A program made the position numbers and the translations under genes. This document shows positions 13,088-26,345 of a stretch of DNA of 64,000 bases, piece by piece (position 1 is the first letter of the stretch; every line of letters begins with the position of its first letter). The notes beneath the pieces were generated by a model that was not told the origin of the DNA, made no database searches, and saw nothing but the letters and a program-made list of their open reading frames with translations. Source of the stretch: Octopus vulgaris (Eukaryota); assembly GCA_951406725.2 (NCBI GenBank), contig OX597814.1, forward strand, positions 111,166,001 through 111,230,000, read 5' to 3'.

Positions 13088-16000
13088 GTAAAGTTTTATA
13101 TTTATTCTCACCATGGCTGTGTGGTCAAGAAGTTTACTTTTGCAACCATGTTTTTTCAGGTTCAGTCCCATGATATGGCACTTTGGACAGGTGTCTTTTG
13201 CTATAGCCCTGGGTCTGCAAAAGCCTTGTGAGTGGATTTGGTAAATGGAATCTGAAAGAAGTACATGTATATATTATGATCATCGTCATCACCATTGAAC
13301 ATCCATTTTCCATGCTGATATGGATTGGATGTTCAGCCCCAATATCTGTTTTGGCATGGCTTGTATGACTGGATACTCTTCTTAATACCAACCACTACAC
13401 TGATGAAGGCACCAGTAACTTGCAATACAAGACCCCTTAACAGAGGCGTGGGGAAGTATTGAGGGAAGCGGCTTTGTACCAGGTTTTGAGAAATTAATGT
13501 ATGACAAAGGAGACAGATGTAGGAGTCTTGCTGTAGAGAAAATGCACATTCTTTCTCTCTTTCTTATTTCTTTACTACCCACAAGGGGCTAAACATAGAG
13601 AAGACAAACAAGGACAGACAAAAGGATTAAGTCGATTACATCAACCTCAGTGCATAACTGGTACTTAATTTATTGATCCCAAAAGGATGAAAGGCAAAGT
13701 CAACCTCGGTGCAATTTGAACTTAGAACGTAACGGCAGACGAAATACCGCTTAGCCTTTTGCCCAGCGTGCTAACATTTCTGCCAGCTTACCACCTTTCT
13801 AACAGGAAAGAGAGAAAGAATGTGCATGCATCCTTGTCTCAACATCAAGACAAGATAGTTGTAAAGGAGTGTCACTGTCATGCAGGTGGTGTCGTTCATT
13901 TGCAATCTTCCACGAGATGATTGTCTGGTCATGGGGAAATGCTACCTTACTTGGAAACAGGTAAGGTTTGGTGACAGGAAGGGCATCCAGCTATAGAAAA
14001 TGTGCTTCACTGAATTCCAACTGACCCATACAAGAATGGAAAAGTGGACATTAAAACAAGGATGATGACAACACTCTACAATATGCTTTTTTTTGTGTGT
14101 GGTTAGTCAGAAGTGGAACTTTAGTGCCCTAGACATGGCCTTCAAGTCTGGTAGAATGAAGGAGAGGAGTTACTCTTAAACTGGTGACTTGATCTACATA
14201 CTTACAACAGAGTGAACGTCATTAAATTCATCTAAGGCCCAGGTGGTGCTGCTGTTAAACCAGGTCACCAATTAAATTTACACCTCAAAACAGGAACAAT
14301 GACTCTGGTTTTTTCTCCCATACAGTTTCTGTCTTCTAAATTGTAAACACAAGTCAACTTAAGGTTTATAGCAGAAGGTATTCTCCAAAGATGCCATTTA
14401 GTGGGACTGAACCTAAAACCTCAGAGTTGTGAAAGAAACTTCTTAACTCCAACAATCATGCCTGCTTAAATATCTCATTCAATATCATTTTATATCTTTA
14501 TTACAGTTTACAGGGTAAATTAAGATAGAAACATATGAATTATTTGTCTCTGTGTATGTTTCACTATTGCTGTTAATTGGAATACATCATTGGACATTCC
14601 AAATGTATCAGGAAACCTAACCACAATGGATCATTAGGGGAACACCATCAATGTCATCATCATCATCATCATTCAACATCCTATTTCTTTACTACCCACA
14701 AGGGGCTAAACACAAAGGGGACAAACAAGGACAGACACACGGATTAAGTCGATTACATCGACCCCAGTGCGTAACTGGTATTTAATTTATCAACCCCGAA
14801 AGGATGAAATCAAAGTCGACCTCGGCAGAATTTGAACTCAGAACGTAACAGCAGATGAAATACCGCTAGGTATTTCGCCTGGCGGGCTAACATTTCTGCC
14901 AGCTTGCCACTGGCATTCAACATCCATTTCCATGCTGGCATGTGTTGGACAGCTTGACAGGAACTGCTAAGGGCAGGAACTGCACCAGGTTCCATAGTCT
15001 CTTTTGGCCTGGCTCCTACCGCTGGATACCCTCCTTAATGCCAACCACCTTACAGAGTGTAAAAAGCACTTTTTATGTGACACTAGCATGGGTGCTTTTT
15101 ATGTGGACCAGTACCTTTTGCATGACACCTACAAAGAGGGACAAATAATTCATACCTGTGTTTATCTTAATGTTCCTCTTCATATGTTCTGTATATCATA
15201 ACTGTTGTTGTTGCTTGTTCCGTCTCGAGCCATGCTTGAGTCATAAGGGGCAGTTTCCCGGTTTTGTTTGCGTATAGGCTCCCCACCTGGATGGGACGCC
15301 AGTCCTTCGCAGGTGAGCCACTAGATGCAGGAGGAATGAGTGGGAGAAAGTTGTGGCGAAAAAGTCAAAAGAAGTTTGTCATTACCTTTTGCCGGAGCTG
15401 TGTGGAGCTTAGGTGTTTCACTCATAAAAACACACATCACTCGGTCTGAGATTCGAACCCGCAATCCTTTGACCGCGAGTCTGTTGCTCTAGCCACTAGT
15501 CCATGTGTCTCCACATATCATAACTAGTAACCCTACAATGTATAATGGTAAACTAACCGCTGTACTGGAAGTTGGTTGGAGAATGATAATCTACTTAGAG
15601 CTCTAACTTGCACAATGGCAGTCATAACATCTATTTGTATACAAGATATAGTCTGCATCAAGAGGAAATGTGATCGTGAAATTTCATTTAATACTGCCTT
15701 TGTGCTTCTTCCTTTCACACAGAATAGATAATAAAATATTTAAAATAGTCTTCAAATATTGTTCTTAGATGTTGTCAAACCAAAAGACATTCTTTTCTAC
15801 TCTAGGCGTTTTTGGGGAGGGGGGCCAATCAATTAGATCGTCCCTAGTACACAACTGGTACTTAATTTATTGACCCCAAAAGGATGAAAGGCAAAGTTGA
15901 CCACAGTAGAATTTGAACTCAGAATATAAAGACAGACAAAATACCACTAAGCATTTCGCCCGGCATGCTAACATTTCTGCCAGCTTGCTGCCTTTAACAA

Positions 16001-16939
16001 AAAGACATATTATAAGAAATTTATCCAATTCTTATTATCTTCAATGTAGCCACAAACAATGTTGTTAATACGCCAAAACTATAAAGCCATGAACAGAGGA
16101 GTAGACGAAGACAATTGAGGTCAACTTTGCCTTTCATCCTTTCGGGGGTCGATTAAATAAGTACCAGTTAATCACTGGGGTCAATATAATCGACTTAATC
16201 CCCTTGTCTGTCCTTGTTTGTCCCCTGTGGGCAGTAAAGAAATAAATATAATCCCTTTAAAATTAATCTTACAAAGTTAGGGGATGGTGGCGAGCTGGCA
16301 GAATTGTTATCATCCCAAACAAAATGTTCGGCAGCTTTTCTTCCAGCTCTTTACATTCTGAGTTCAAATCCTGCCAAGGTCAACTTTGCTTTCCATCCTT
16401 TCAGGGTACCAGTTGAGTGCTGGGGTTGATATTATTGACTGCTCCTCTTCTCCAAAATTTCAGGCCTTGTGCTTATAGTAGAAATAACTTTATGAAGACA
16501 GAGGAATAGTCCTTTTCTTTTGTTACTTTGGTTTTTTTATGTTTATATAAAACAGAATATTTTAAAGAATCCTGGATGATAAAAAATCACATCCCCAAGG
16601 AATAGATTTCACAAAGTCACTCAGTTTTTAAATGGCTTAATCAAAGAGGAAGGACGGTGTGCACAACCTTTTTCAAAGCCTCTGATTCTCATTGACCAAA
16701 ATATAAAGAATTCAGAAACCTGGCCTAAAATCTCACATCAGATTGGTTTTTGTTAAAGGCACTCAAATATTAGGCGATAACCTTAAGATAGGTGAAGGGT
16801 AACATTTTTCTTTTTTTTTTATAAAGCCGTCATCCAGCCAGGCAGATTGCCCAAGCCAACTTGACTACCTCTCTCCATCCTCCCCATTCTTCCATTAGTG
16901 TTTTTAGGTCTCCAACTTGGAATCCAACATCTTCTGCTC

Positions 16940-17345
16940 GTGGAGGCGCAATGGCCCAGTGGTTAGGGCAGTGAACTCACAGTCGGAGGATCGCAGTTTC
17001 AATTCCCAGACTGGGCATTGTGTGTGTTTATTGAGCGAAAACACCTAAAGCTCCATGAGGCTCCGGCAGGGGGTGGTGGCGACCCCTGTTGTACTCTTTC
17101 GTTCCAACTTTCTCTCACTCTTTCTTCCTGTTTCTTGTCCCCGACTTCTTATGCAACTGCTGAGCCTGGATGCACATTCATCCATCCGTCGATGCTCTCG
17201 GTGTCAGGAGTTGACCTGCTTTCTCTTCTGCGGGTCTTATGAATAGCAAAGGACCATGTTTCGGACTTCTCCCACTATAGACAATCCTGAGGCGTGATCT
17301 TGCAAGCTCTGGGACAAAGACCGCTTCGCTCAACAAACAAACAAA
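16940..17345 (+). mobile_element. SINE with a family C-like tRNA head but a different 3' half; (AAAC)n tail
   Basis: TSD aacatcttctgc at 16927 and 17348. Confidence 0.75.
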
Positions 17346-17703
17346 GAAACATCTTCTGCAAGCTGTTGTATATACATCTCCTGTGGTCTTCCAGCCATTG
17401 TAGTACCATGATTTGGTGTCAACAGCAACACATTACTCACAAGTTCTTCTTTACTTCTTCAGCAAGGTCACAAGTTCTTCTTTACTTCTCCAGGAAGAAT
17501 ACCTGCTATAGACAAATAGCCATATAAATCGATTCTAACATCTGTGTTTGTTAAACTTTAAATCTTGTTTGCTAAATTAACTTTCCAGCCTTGTTCATGG
17601 ATTTTATCACAAGAATTTAATCATTAATAAATTTTTTTTTTAAAGTTTAATTTCAACATATAGACATTTTAACTGTCTTTTTATTTTTGTTTTTTGTTTC
17701 TAG

Positions 17704-17807
17704 ATGTGGCGTACGTCCCAAACAATAACACCTGCATAAAGATGGAATACATGAATGCCTCACGCTTATATGCGTTAATGCATCAGAATGTTTCAGAAAA
17801 CGTATGA
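17704..17807 (+). CDS. Terminal coding exon: (D)VAYVPNNNTCIKMEYMNASRLYALMHQNVSENV*
   Basis: Long T tract and acceptor tttttgtttctag; phase 1 matches the previous exon; TGA at 17805-17807; AT-rich 3' UTR with ATTAAA near 17858 and 17902. Confidence 0.8.
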
Positions 17808-18472
17808 CGAAATAATGTCCACATTATTTCGAGAAAAAAGTCTTTTCTCTCAAAAGATATTAAAAATATAAAAAAAATAATTACTTTTTTGTTGTTATTA
17901 ATTAAATATCTTAAACTGTGGGAAAAATTCATAAAAGATAACGATTTTTCACATGGCTATCAAGTATGTTTATTTACATCTACTTTACAACAGCAAACAA
18001 GTAGATTTACTAATAATAACTGGTTTTGCTAATTAATTTTCTTAAGGTGTGGTTATGTGATAAGAAGTTGCTTCCCAACCGCATCATTCCGGGTTCAATC
18101 CCACTGCATGGCTGCTTGGGCAAGTGTCTTCTGCTATAGCCTTACGCCTTGTGAGTGGATTTGGTAGATGGAAACTGAAAGAAGCCCATTGTGTGTGCGT
18201 TTTTGCATTTGTATTTGTCCCCACACCCACCACTTGATAACTGGTGTTGGTTTGTTGATGCCCCCCATGATTTTTTTATCAACTCGGTAATAATATCATT
18301 ATGATATAAATAATTCACAAAGATATAACAATAAAGAACATTTGTATAATGGATAAAAAAGATATCTAACAGAAGATTCAGTAATGCATAAACAAAAAAG
18401 TCAGTTCAACTGTCATTGGTAAACTCCTTCAACACATACACACAGACATAAAGACATACATATGTATGTACA

Positions 18473-18820
18473 TCTGTTATATAAAATCCATTCTGTCTGT
18501 CTGTGTGTGTGTCTTCTAGGATCTTGGGCATCCTCCATCCGATTGCGCTCAAATTTGATATGTAGATACCAATGGTATCAGGACATGTACAAGTCTTGAA
18601 AAAGGTGAGAATGCGATCGTGGGAAATCGATTTCCTTTGGAATAGAAAAAAAGTCTATCTTTATTTCTTCTTTTGCTAGTGTCTCAAATTTAGGTTAAAT
18701 CAGTGTTTCTCAAAAGGGAGGCCTATGGGACGGTCGGACAAGTTGTTTTGAGAAAATTTGGTTTCAATGTTTCACAACTCAGCATCGTCCATTGGATGAG
18801 GGAGGGCGTTTTGCTCGTAC
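18473..18820 (+). mobile_element. Helitron-like 5' fragment
   Basis: A|TCTGTTATATAAAA start and (GTCT)(GT) tract like the 10855 copy; no CTAG end found. Confidence 0.5.
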
Positions 18821-18849
18821 ATACATACACATGTATGTATTTGTAGATG

Positions 18850-18978
18850 TTTATTAAAACCGAAGCTGAGAGTTTGTGTTATGACTTGAGTTTCACATCA
18901 ATTTGATCTTTAGTCTGAGGATCATGGTGGCATGAAACTTGAGTTGCGTGACAAACTCTCACCTTCAGTTTTAATAAA
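18850..18978. repeat. Hairpin or short MITE of about 130 bp
   Basis: tttattaaaaccgaagctgagagtttgt ... acaaactctcaccttcagttttaataaa. Confidence 0.75.
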
Positions 18979-18989
18979 AAAACAACATA

Positions 18990-19391
18990 CAGGCACAGGA
19001 GTGGCTGTGTGGTAAGAAAGAAGCTTGCTTCCTAACCACATGATTCCGGGTTCAGTTGCAGTGGGCAAGTATCTTCTACCATAGCTTTGGGCTGACCAAA
19101 GTCTTGTGAGTGGATTTGGCAGATGGAAACTGAGAGAAGCTCGTCATGTATGTATGTATGTATGTATGTATGTATGTATATATGTATGTGTGTCTGCATT
19201 TGTCCCCACCATCATCATTTGACACCAATGTTGGTGTATTTATATCCCCTTAACTTAGCAGTTCGGCAAAAGAGACCACCAGAATAAGTACTAGGCTTAC
19301 AAAGAATAAGTCCTGGGGCTGATTTGTTTGACCAAAGGTGGTGCTCCAGCATGGCTACAGTCAAAATGACTGAAACAAGTAAAAGAGAGTA
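18990..19391 (+). mobile_element. SINE family A (tRNA head GGCGCAGGAGTGGCTGTGTGGTAAG; LINE-like 3' end)
   Basis: Copies near 3841-4220, 4500-4872(-), 11278-11670, 18045-18270, 21296-21595, 29992-30390(-), 36945-37332, 37350-37650 and 57801-58213. Confidence 0.85.
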
Positions 19392-19439
19392 TATCACCTA
19401 CAAGATATATTGAGCACTTCTTCCTCGTTTGTTCAACAT

Positions 19440-19920
19440 TTAACCCTTTCATTACTGTATTTCTGTTGTATGCTCTGTGTTTCTTTCAATTCATTTTAAA
19501 TATAACAAAGAAGTTAGTAAAATAACTTAGTTATCATTAAGCTAGTGTTGGGAACATAAATTGTGACTAAGGTTTAGTGAAAGATTTTAATTCAAAACTT
19601 ATGAAAACAAAACATTTGTACACAGACCCAGGAGCGGTTTCAGCCGGGTTAATAACAAAAGGGTTAAAAATTGTTTCTCTAGTGTATATTTTAACTTTTT
19701 TGATACCGTATTTCTGTTTAGATGCTCTGTGTTTCTTTCAATTGATTTTAAATATAACAAAGAATTTAGTAAAATAACTTAGTTATCATTAAACTAGTGT
19801 TAGGAACATAAATTGTGACTAAGGTTTGGTGAAAGATTTTAATTCAAAACTTTTGAAAACAAGACAATTGTATTATCGAGCCAGAGGTGGTTTCAGCTAG
19901 GTTGGTAACAAAAGGGTTAA
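19440..19920 (-). mobile_element. Second copy of the piggyBac-like MITE dimer, inverted relative to 2954-3434
   Basis: Units 19440-19667 and 19691-19920 bounded by TTAA; the spacer is similar to the reverse complement of the first dimer's spacer. Confidence 0.8.
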
Positions 19921-21913
19921 GCAACATATGTGTGTAATGACAGGGAAAATAAATTGAAAATTACCGTGTGTGTGAGTAGGGAAACCAGGTATTCAATGTT
20001 TCAGACAGTCTTTCTTTGGGGTTAAGATGGAAGAGAGTGAAAAAGAAGGAAAAAATGCAATTTAAGGTGATTTTGATGATTTTGAAACTCGAATGACATG
20101 CGACTAACTTTGTAAGTTTCTTTCATCATCTGATACTGGCACATAAAAAGCACCCTTCGAGCTTTGGGCCTCACAGAGGCAATGACTGAGACATTTGGCC
20201 TTATGCCATGCTGAGAAGAAGACCCATGAAGCCAAGTAAAATCACAGTCATGGCAGATATCAGTGTCACGCAAATGGAACCCATGCCAGTGGCATGTAAA
20301 ACCACCTATTACACTCTCAGAGTGGTTGGCATTAAGAAGGGCATCCAGCTGTGGAAACCATTTCAAATCAGACTGGAGTCTGGTGCAGCTTGTCAGCCCT
20401 GGTCAAACTGTCCAACCCATGGACAACAGACACTAAATATACTTTTCTACTTTAGGCACAAGGCCCGAAATTTTGGGGAAGGTGGCCAGTCGATTAGATC
20501 CATCCCTGCACGCAACTGATACTTAATTTATCAACCTTGGCGGAATTTGAACTCAGAACGTAAAGGCAGATGAAATACCACAAAGCATTTCACCCGGCAT
20601 GCTAACGTTTCTGCCAGCTCGCCGCCTTAACAGACACTAAATATTGATGATGATGAGGACACCTGCATACACATGTGGATAAAATATATGGTGTAAGTCA
20701 GCTCATTACTGATTAAGACCTCAGTAATCTCAGTAAGTCTGTGCAGATATTCTTAGAGTCCAAAGAGTTCCTGTGTCTGGATTTGTTTTAAGCAGGTAAA
20801 GTGTTGCACAGCACTGAACCTACTTTCCATTGCAATCAGCTTTAATAAAACTAGAGGCTGAGATGACCAGAAACCAGCTGCACTTCAGGTATTTTTATAT
20901 GAGTTTACCTTCTAGAAGGAAATTCTATCAAGAAGTTGTTTACATGCTTGTTAACCCATAGGAGGGATCCTAACAAGTGCTACTGTTTTAGGTCAGAGTA
21001 AATCTGGGGGCAATAGTACTTCAGAGGTAGTTCTACACTCCTCAAAACCCTGGAACTCCCATACCAGGGCCTCACTACTGGAAAGTGTTTAAAGTCTTAC
21101 TCAACACATGCACACACAATCTCATGAAGACTTCGAAGTCACTGTCTCCCATCTTCTTGTAAAAGTTTCATAAACATGTTGTGCTCTGCTAAAAGTATTA
21201 AGTAATTTTTTGGTTTAATGTTAAAATTGATTTTATGGTGCTCGAGCATGGCCACAGCCTTAGGGCTGAAACAGGTAAAAGAATATATATTTTGTTGGCA
21301 CCTTGGGCAAGTGTCTTCTTTTATAGCATCAGGTCAACCAAGGCCTTGTGAGTGGATTTGGCAGATTATATATATGTGTGTGTCTATTTGTCCCCCACCA
21401 CTGCTTGACAACCAGTTTTGGTGTGTTTACATTCCTATAACTTAGCAGTTTGGCAAAAAAAAGAGCCCACTAGAATAAGTACCAGGCTTAGCAAAAAATT
21501 AAGTACTGATGTCAATTCATTCGACTAAAAAATTCTTCGAGGCAGTGCCCCAGCATGGCCGCAGTCTAATGACTGAAACATGTAAAAGAGAAAACCTAAA
21601 AAGAATGTGTGTGAGGGTGTATGACCTAGTAGTTAGAGTGTTACACTCACAATTGCAAGATCGTGATTTCAATTCCTAGACCAGGTGGTGCGTTGTGTTC
21701 TTGAGCAAAACACCTCATCTCGCACTACTCTGCAATCGCTTTGACACCTGACACATGGCACACCGTGCACCTGTTCAGACCATGTCGATTTGATGGAGAG
21801 AGTGAGCTAATGTCCAGCACGAACATTTGATGACTATAAACAAATCCTTTGGGCAGGTCGTTCAGTAAAAAACTAAACCTTTATATGTCATCTTCGAAGA
21901 GAGAGTCCATCAC

Positions 21914-22125
21914 ACAGAGAAAGAGAAAAGATGAAAAAACACAGATGATTTGTTTTACAGGATTTAAGAATATATTAGAGCTATGATAATAAAGATATTA
22001 TACAATTTTGTACAAAATAAGGTTTTGTTAAAATTGTATAATATCTTTATTATCATGGCTCTAATATATTCTTAAATCCTGTAAAACAAATCGTCTTTGG
22101 TTTTCCATCTTTTCTCTTTCTCTGT
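21914..22125. repeat. Near-perfect palindrome with arms of about 100 bp
   Basis: acagagaaagagaaaagatg...attatacaatttt is inverted as aaaattgtataat...catcttttctctttctctgt. Confidence 0.9.
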
Positions 22126-22489
22126 TTATATCCACAACGTATGTTTCCCTACTAAAATATTTCCTATCCTATACATACACACACACACACAGACATATAT
22201 GAAAGGTTTGAAAATGCAATTTTAAAGATGTTTATTCATTTGACCAGTTGTACTTTTTTAGAAAAAGATTGTCAAAAGTAAAATGAAAAGCTTTGTATAA
22301 GCTATGTTGTGTTAAGTACTGTTTGTCACAAAAGTATTAAAATACATATATACATTCTTTGATAATAATAAGAAACTCTGCCAGATCAGGCTGGAGCCTG
22401 GTGCAGCCATCTGGTTCGCCAGTCCTCAGTCAAATCATCTTACCTATGCTAGCATGGAAAGCGGATGTTAAACGATGATGATGATGATG

Positions 22490-22535
<46 letters not shown>

Positions 22536-22614
22536 TTAAAGGGCTAAAAGACCACTATGTGGTCAGCCACATGATATTAATTAAATTAATATTCAAATTA
22601 TCTCCCTCATTATT

Positions 22615-22663
<49 letters not shown>

Positions 22664-22989
22664 ATGCAGGTGTACGTGTATGTTTGTGTGTCTGTTTCTC
22701 CCCACCCAACCGATACTAGTGTGTTTACTTCCCCAAAACTTAGTGGTTCAGCAAAAGAGACCAATAGAATAAGTACTATGCTTACAAAGAGTAAGTTCTG
22801 GGGTCAATTTGCTCGACTAAAGGCGATGCTCCAGCATGGCCACAAAATACAAAATAATATAGTCCAACTTACAATAAAAACTATATTAAAATTAGAATGT
22901 GTGGAGTATAAGTGCAAAATGTTAAATCCATATAGAAGTTATAAGTCCTTAAGGTCCAACGGCCATTTCTGGGGGATAGTAGTTTCTGG

Positions 22990-23220
22990 GGATCACAGTG
23001 TTCTAAAGTTCACTTCGCAATGCTCTCATTCAGCTAGAAAATACATCTCACCCTCTCTTCGAACGCAGAAAATATAAAAAAAGATTGCTTTAGCGTCTTA
23101 CACACTTTGTTGACCATTCAGTAGAAGACAAGAATCCTGTCATTGAGAGCTTATTGTAAATCACAATTTCAGTCAATGACAAACTGATGAGTGATCAGCA
23201 ATTCATGAAAAGTGTTAGGG
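22990..23220 (+). mobile_element. PLE 3' relic: GIY-YIG C-terminus-like peptide followed by a hammerhead core
   Basis: ...ARKYISPSLRTQKI* then CTGATGA-GTGA...TCAT-GAAA-AGTG-TT at 23184-23216; stem I not evident. Confidence 0.45.
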
Positions 23221-24339
23221 CAATTGCCTATATTTTACTGCTATGAAAAGACAAAAAGATGTAGTCACACCTGTTTAAAATTCCACTGTGAAAAGTTTAA
23301 AATTTTTAGTTTAATTTATTTAAATTTATTATGAGTTTTCCAATATAGGTTGCACCTAAGGTGGCAAGCTGGCAGAAACATTAGCACGCTGGGAAAATTG
23401 TTAGCGGTATTTTGTCTGTCTTTACGTTCTGAGTTCAAATTCCACCAAGTTTCATCATTTAGGGGTCAATAAATTAAGTACCAGTTGCGTACTGGGGTCG
23501 ATCTAGCCAACTGGTCACCCCCCCACCACCACCACTCCTTCAAAATTTCAGACCTTGTGCCGAGAGCAGAAAAGTTCTGCCATGCATAAGATTTAGTATT
23601 TTACTACATCACACGTTATGCAAATAAGTCTGTAGTGTAACTACTTTAAATTTTTGTTTGTAGGTGTGTATGTGTATGTCTTTGAGTGTATATGTAGGTG
23701 TGTCTGTAATATCAGGCACATGGCTTAGTGATTAGGGTATTTGTCTCACGATCATAACGGCATGAGTTCGGCAGATGAAGAGATCTTTCATGGAGATGGG
23801 GACTAACAGGGAATGTTGGAAGGACCCGGGAATATACCGTCAAAGAATGAATGCAGCTGCTATAGTACATGCCCCCCTCGCCTGACTTGTCTTTAGCTCA
23901 TTCAGAAAGAAATTAAGGGTTAAATTAGTATTTCTTGCTGTTGTAAATAGTAGGAGCAGCCAAGGTTTGTAAAGGAAAAATGGATTTAGGACCAAAATAA
24001 ACAGAAGCACTAGAAGGCTGTCGTCTTAAAGCAGTTGTAGGCCAAGTGCGACCCTCAGAACTTTCTGAATAGCATGCTTAACAAAAAATTACTTTAATTT
24101 TTTTTTACTGGCATGATCTTCCTAATGAGGAGTCATATTTGAAGCAGCCTGCTTCTTGAAAAGGTTACTCATGCCACCCTTGGAGTATTCCCTTTGAAAT
24201 GTTTTAACAGGGCAAACCAGCATTTGATTCTCGGCTAGTTGTATGAGGGCTGGAAATGTATCTTTTTTGAGTCTTTCAATAGCAGTAGCTAAGGTAGCAA
24301 GTACATTTGGCAACTGCTGAGACTTCAGTAACCATATAT

Positions 24340-25207
24340 GGTATGTGGCAAGAATGGATGAAGATAGCAGCTGCATGAAAAAGTGCCACACCCTAGCAGT
24401 TGAGGGAACCTGTGGAAGCGGTAGACCCAAGAAAACCTGGGACAAGGTGGTGAAGCATGACCTTCGAAAATTAGGCTTCACCAAGGCAATGACTAGTGAC
24501 TGAGACCTTTGGAAATATGCTGTGCGTGAGAAGACCCAACAGGACAAGTGAGACCATAACCCGTGGCCTTTACCAGGGATGTAGCTAGCCCACTTATGCA
24601 TACCTTTCCTTCCTTGGACACAAAACTCTGCTTGTGAAGACCTGTTGAGGCAAGTGAAATCGAAATTGAACCAAATTCAACAACTGGCACCCATGCCAAC
24701 CTCCTTTCATTGGACACTAAACTCTGCTCACGAAGACCTGCTGGGGCAAGTGAAATTGAAATTGAACCAAATTCGATGACTGGCACCCATGCCAGTACAG
24801 CGCTAACAGCTCCATCCGAGTGGGATCACTGCCAGAGCAGCTGTCTGGCTTCTGTGCCGGTGGGCACGTAAAAAGCACCATTTGAGTGTGATCGTTACCA
24901 ATACATTCAAGCAAGGTCATTGCCAGTGCTGCTGGAATGACTCCTGTGCAGGTGGCACATAAAAAACACCATTTAGAGCGTGATCGTTGCTAGTACCGCC
25001 AGATTGGTCCTCGTGCAGGTGACACGTAAAAGCACCCACTACACTCTTGGAGTGGTTGGCGTTAGGAAGAGCATCCAGCTGTAGAAACTCTGTCAGATCA
25101 GACTGGAGCCTGGTACAGCCATCTGGTTCGCCAGTCCTCAGTCAAATCGTCCAACCTATGCTAGCATGGAAAGAGGACGTTAAATGATTGAGATGATGAT
25201 GATGATG
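24340..25207 (+). mobile_element. RTE LINE 3' fragment
   Basis: Encodes VARMDEDSCMKKCHTLAVEGTCGSGRPKKTWDKVVKHDL; followed by the 3' UTR and a (GAT)n tail. Confidence 0.9.
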
Positions 25208-25215
25208 TTCTATAT

Positions 25216-25505
25216 TTTAGAGATGAGGAATTTTGTACATTATTTATATTGGATGGATATGAGTCCTCACCTTTGTTGTTACCACGTTCCAGCTTGATTT
25301 ACTCTCTGGCCTTCATCAGGAATTAATAATAATAATAATAATAACAACAACATCAGCAAAAAAAAATACCTTAGGAATAAGAACCCAGGGTTAGGTTCAA
25401 AATTCTACCAGGACACTTGATGAAGGCTGGAGGGTATATCAGCTGAAATGTTGAGGTAACAACAAAGATGAGGACACACATCCATCCAATGTAAATAATG
25501 TATTA
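25216..25505. mobile_element. Inverted pair of short PLE-like termini, each with a decayed hammerhead
   Basis: Minus copy CCTGATGAAGGCCAG...GGAACGT (25281-25320); plus copy ACAC-TTGATGA-A-GGCTG...CAGCT-GAAA-TG-TT-GAG (25413-25456). Confidence 0.6.
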
Positions 25506-25509
25506 TTAG

Positions 25510-26325
25510 TATAAATGTAAACTTATAATCTAGGTATAGGAGCTGAACGTTTCGAAGTAATTGTCCATAGTTATCATCTTTCTGTTTGATTTTCAAAGAG
25601 ATATTTGCATCAGCAGCTGACCTTTATGACAGTATCCAGTTTTTCTTGTCTGCCCTGAACAACTATATCCAATCTGATATGTTCGCACTCGGTAGATGTT
25701 TCCATGGGAATGTTCCACTAGTATTCCTTATGTTAATGCTTGTGTATGTATTCAATAACACGAAGATTCTCTATATTTATCCCAGGGCAAGCCTTTCTTG
25801 GATAACATCATATATTATTTTATCGACAATGAAGAGGTAATATGTTGATGACATTTTGGGGCAGCTGTTGATCACATGTGTGTTGTCTTCCACAGAAATG
25901 GGACACAATTTACCTTTTCCGGTTCTATCTTGTGTATCCAAAGACTTTGCCATCTCTTTTGGGTATTAAGTATTTTGTAACAATCTCTTACTCTTGGATT
26001 GCAAACCTTCAAAGTGTTTACGAGTCCAAGAAAGGCTGTCCTTCATGTTAATATCACTGTCAGGGTGGCGAGCTGGCAGAATCATTAGCACATCAGGTGA
26101 AATGCTTAGCGGTATTCCGTCTGCCGTTATGTTCTGAGTTCAAATTCTGCCAAGGTTGACTTTGCCTTTCATCTTTTCAGGGTCAATTAATTAAGTACCA
26201 GTTATGCACTGGGATTAATGTAATTGACTTAATTCCTTTGTCTGTCCTTGTTTGTCCCCTTTATGTTTAGCCCCCTGTGGGCAATAAAGAAATAAATATC
26301 ACTGTCAACTTCAAGTCTTCAGGAA
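25510..26325 (-). mobile_element. R4/Dong-like (RLE) non-LTR retrotransposon fragment, split by a SINE B copy
   Basis: KDDNYGQLLRNVQLLYLDYKF and an SVEDNTHVINSC knuckle remnant; homologous to 26346-27676. Confidence 0.7.
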
Positions 26326-26345
26326 ATGTATGTATGTATGTACGT

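Noticed and set aside
18915-18950. CTGAGGA...GAAA-CTTGAG-TT hammerhead-like string
   Set aside because: No stem I; better explained as part of the 130-bp palindrome
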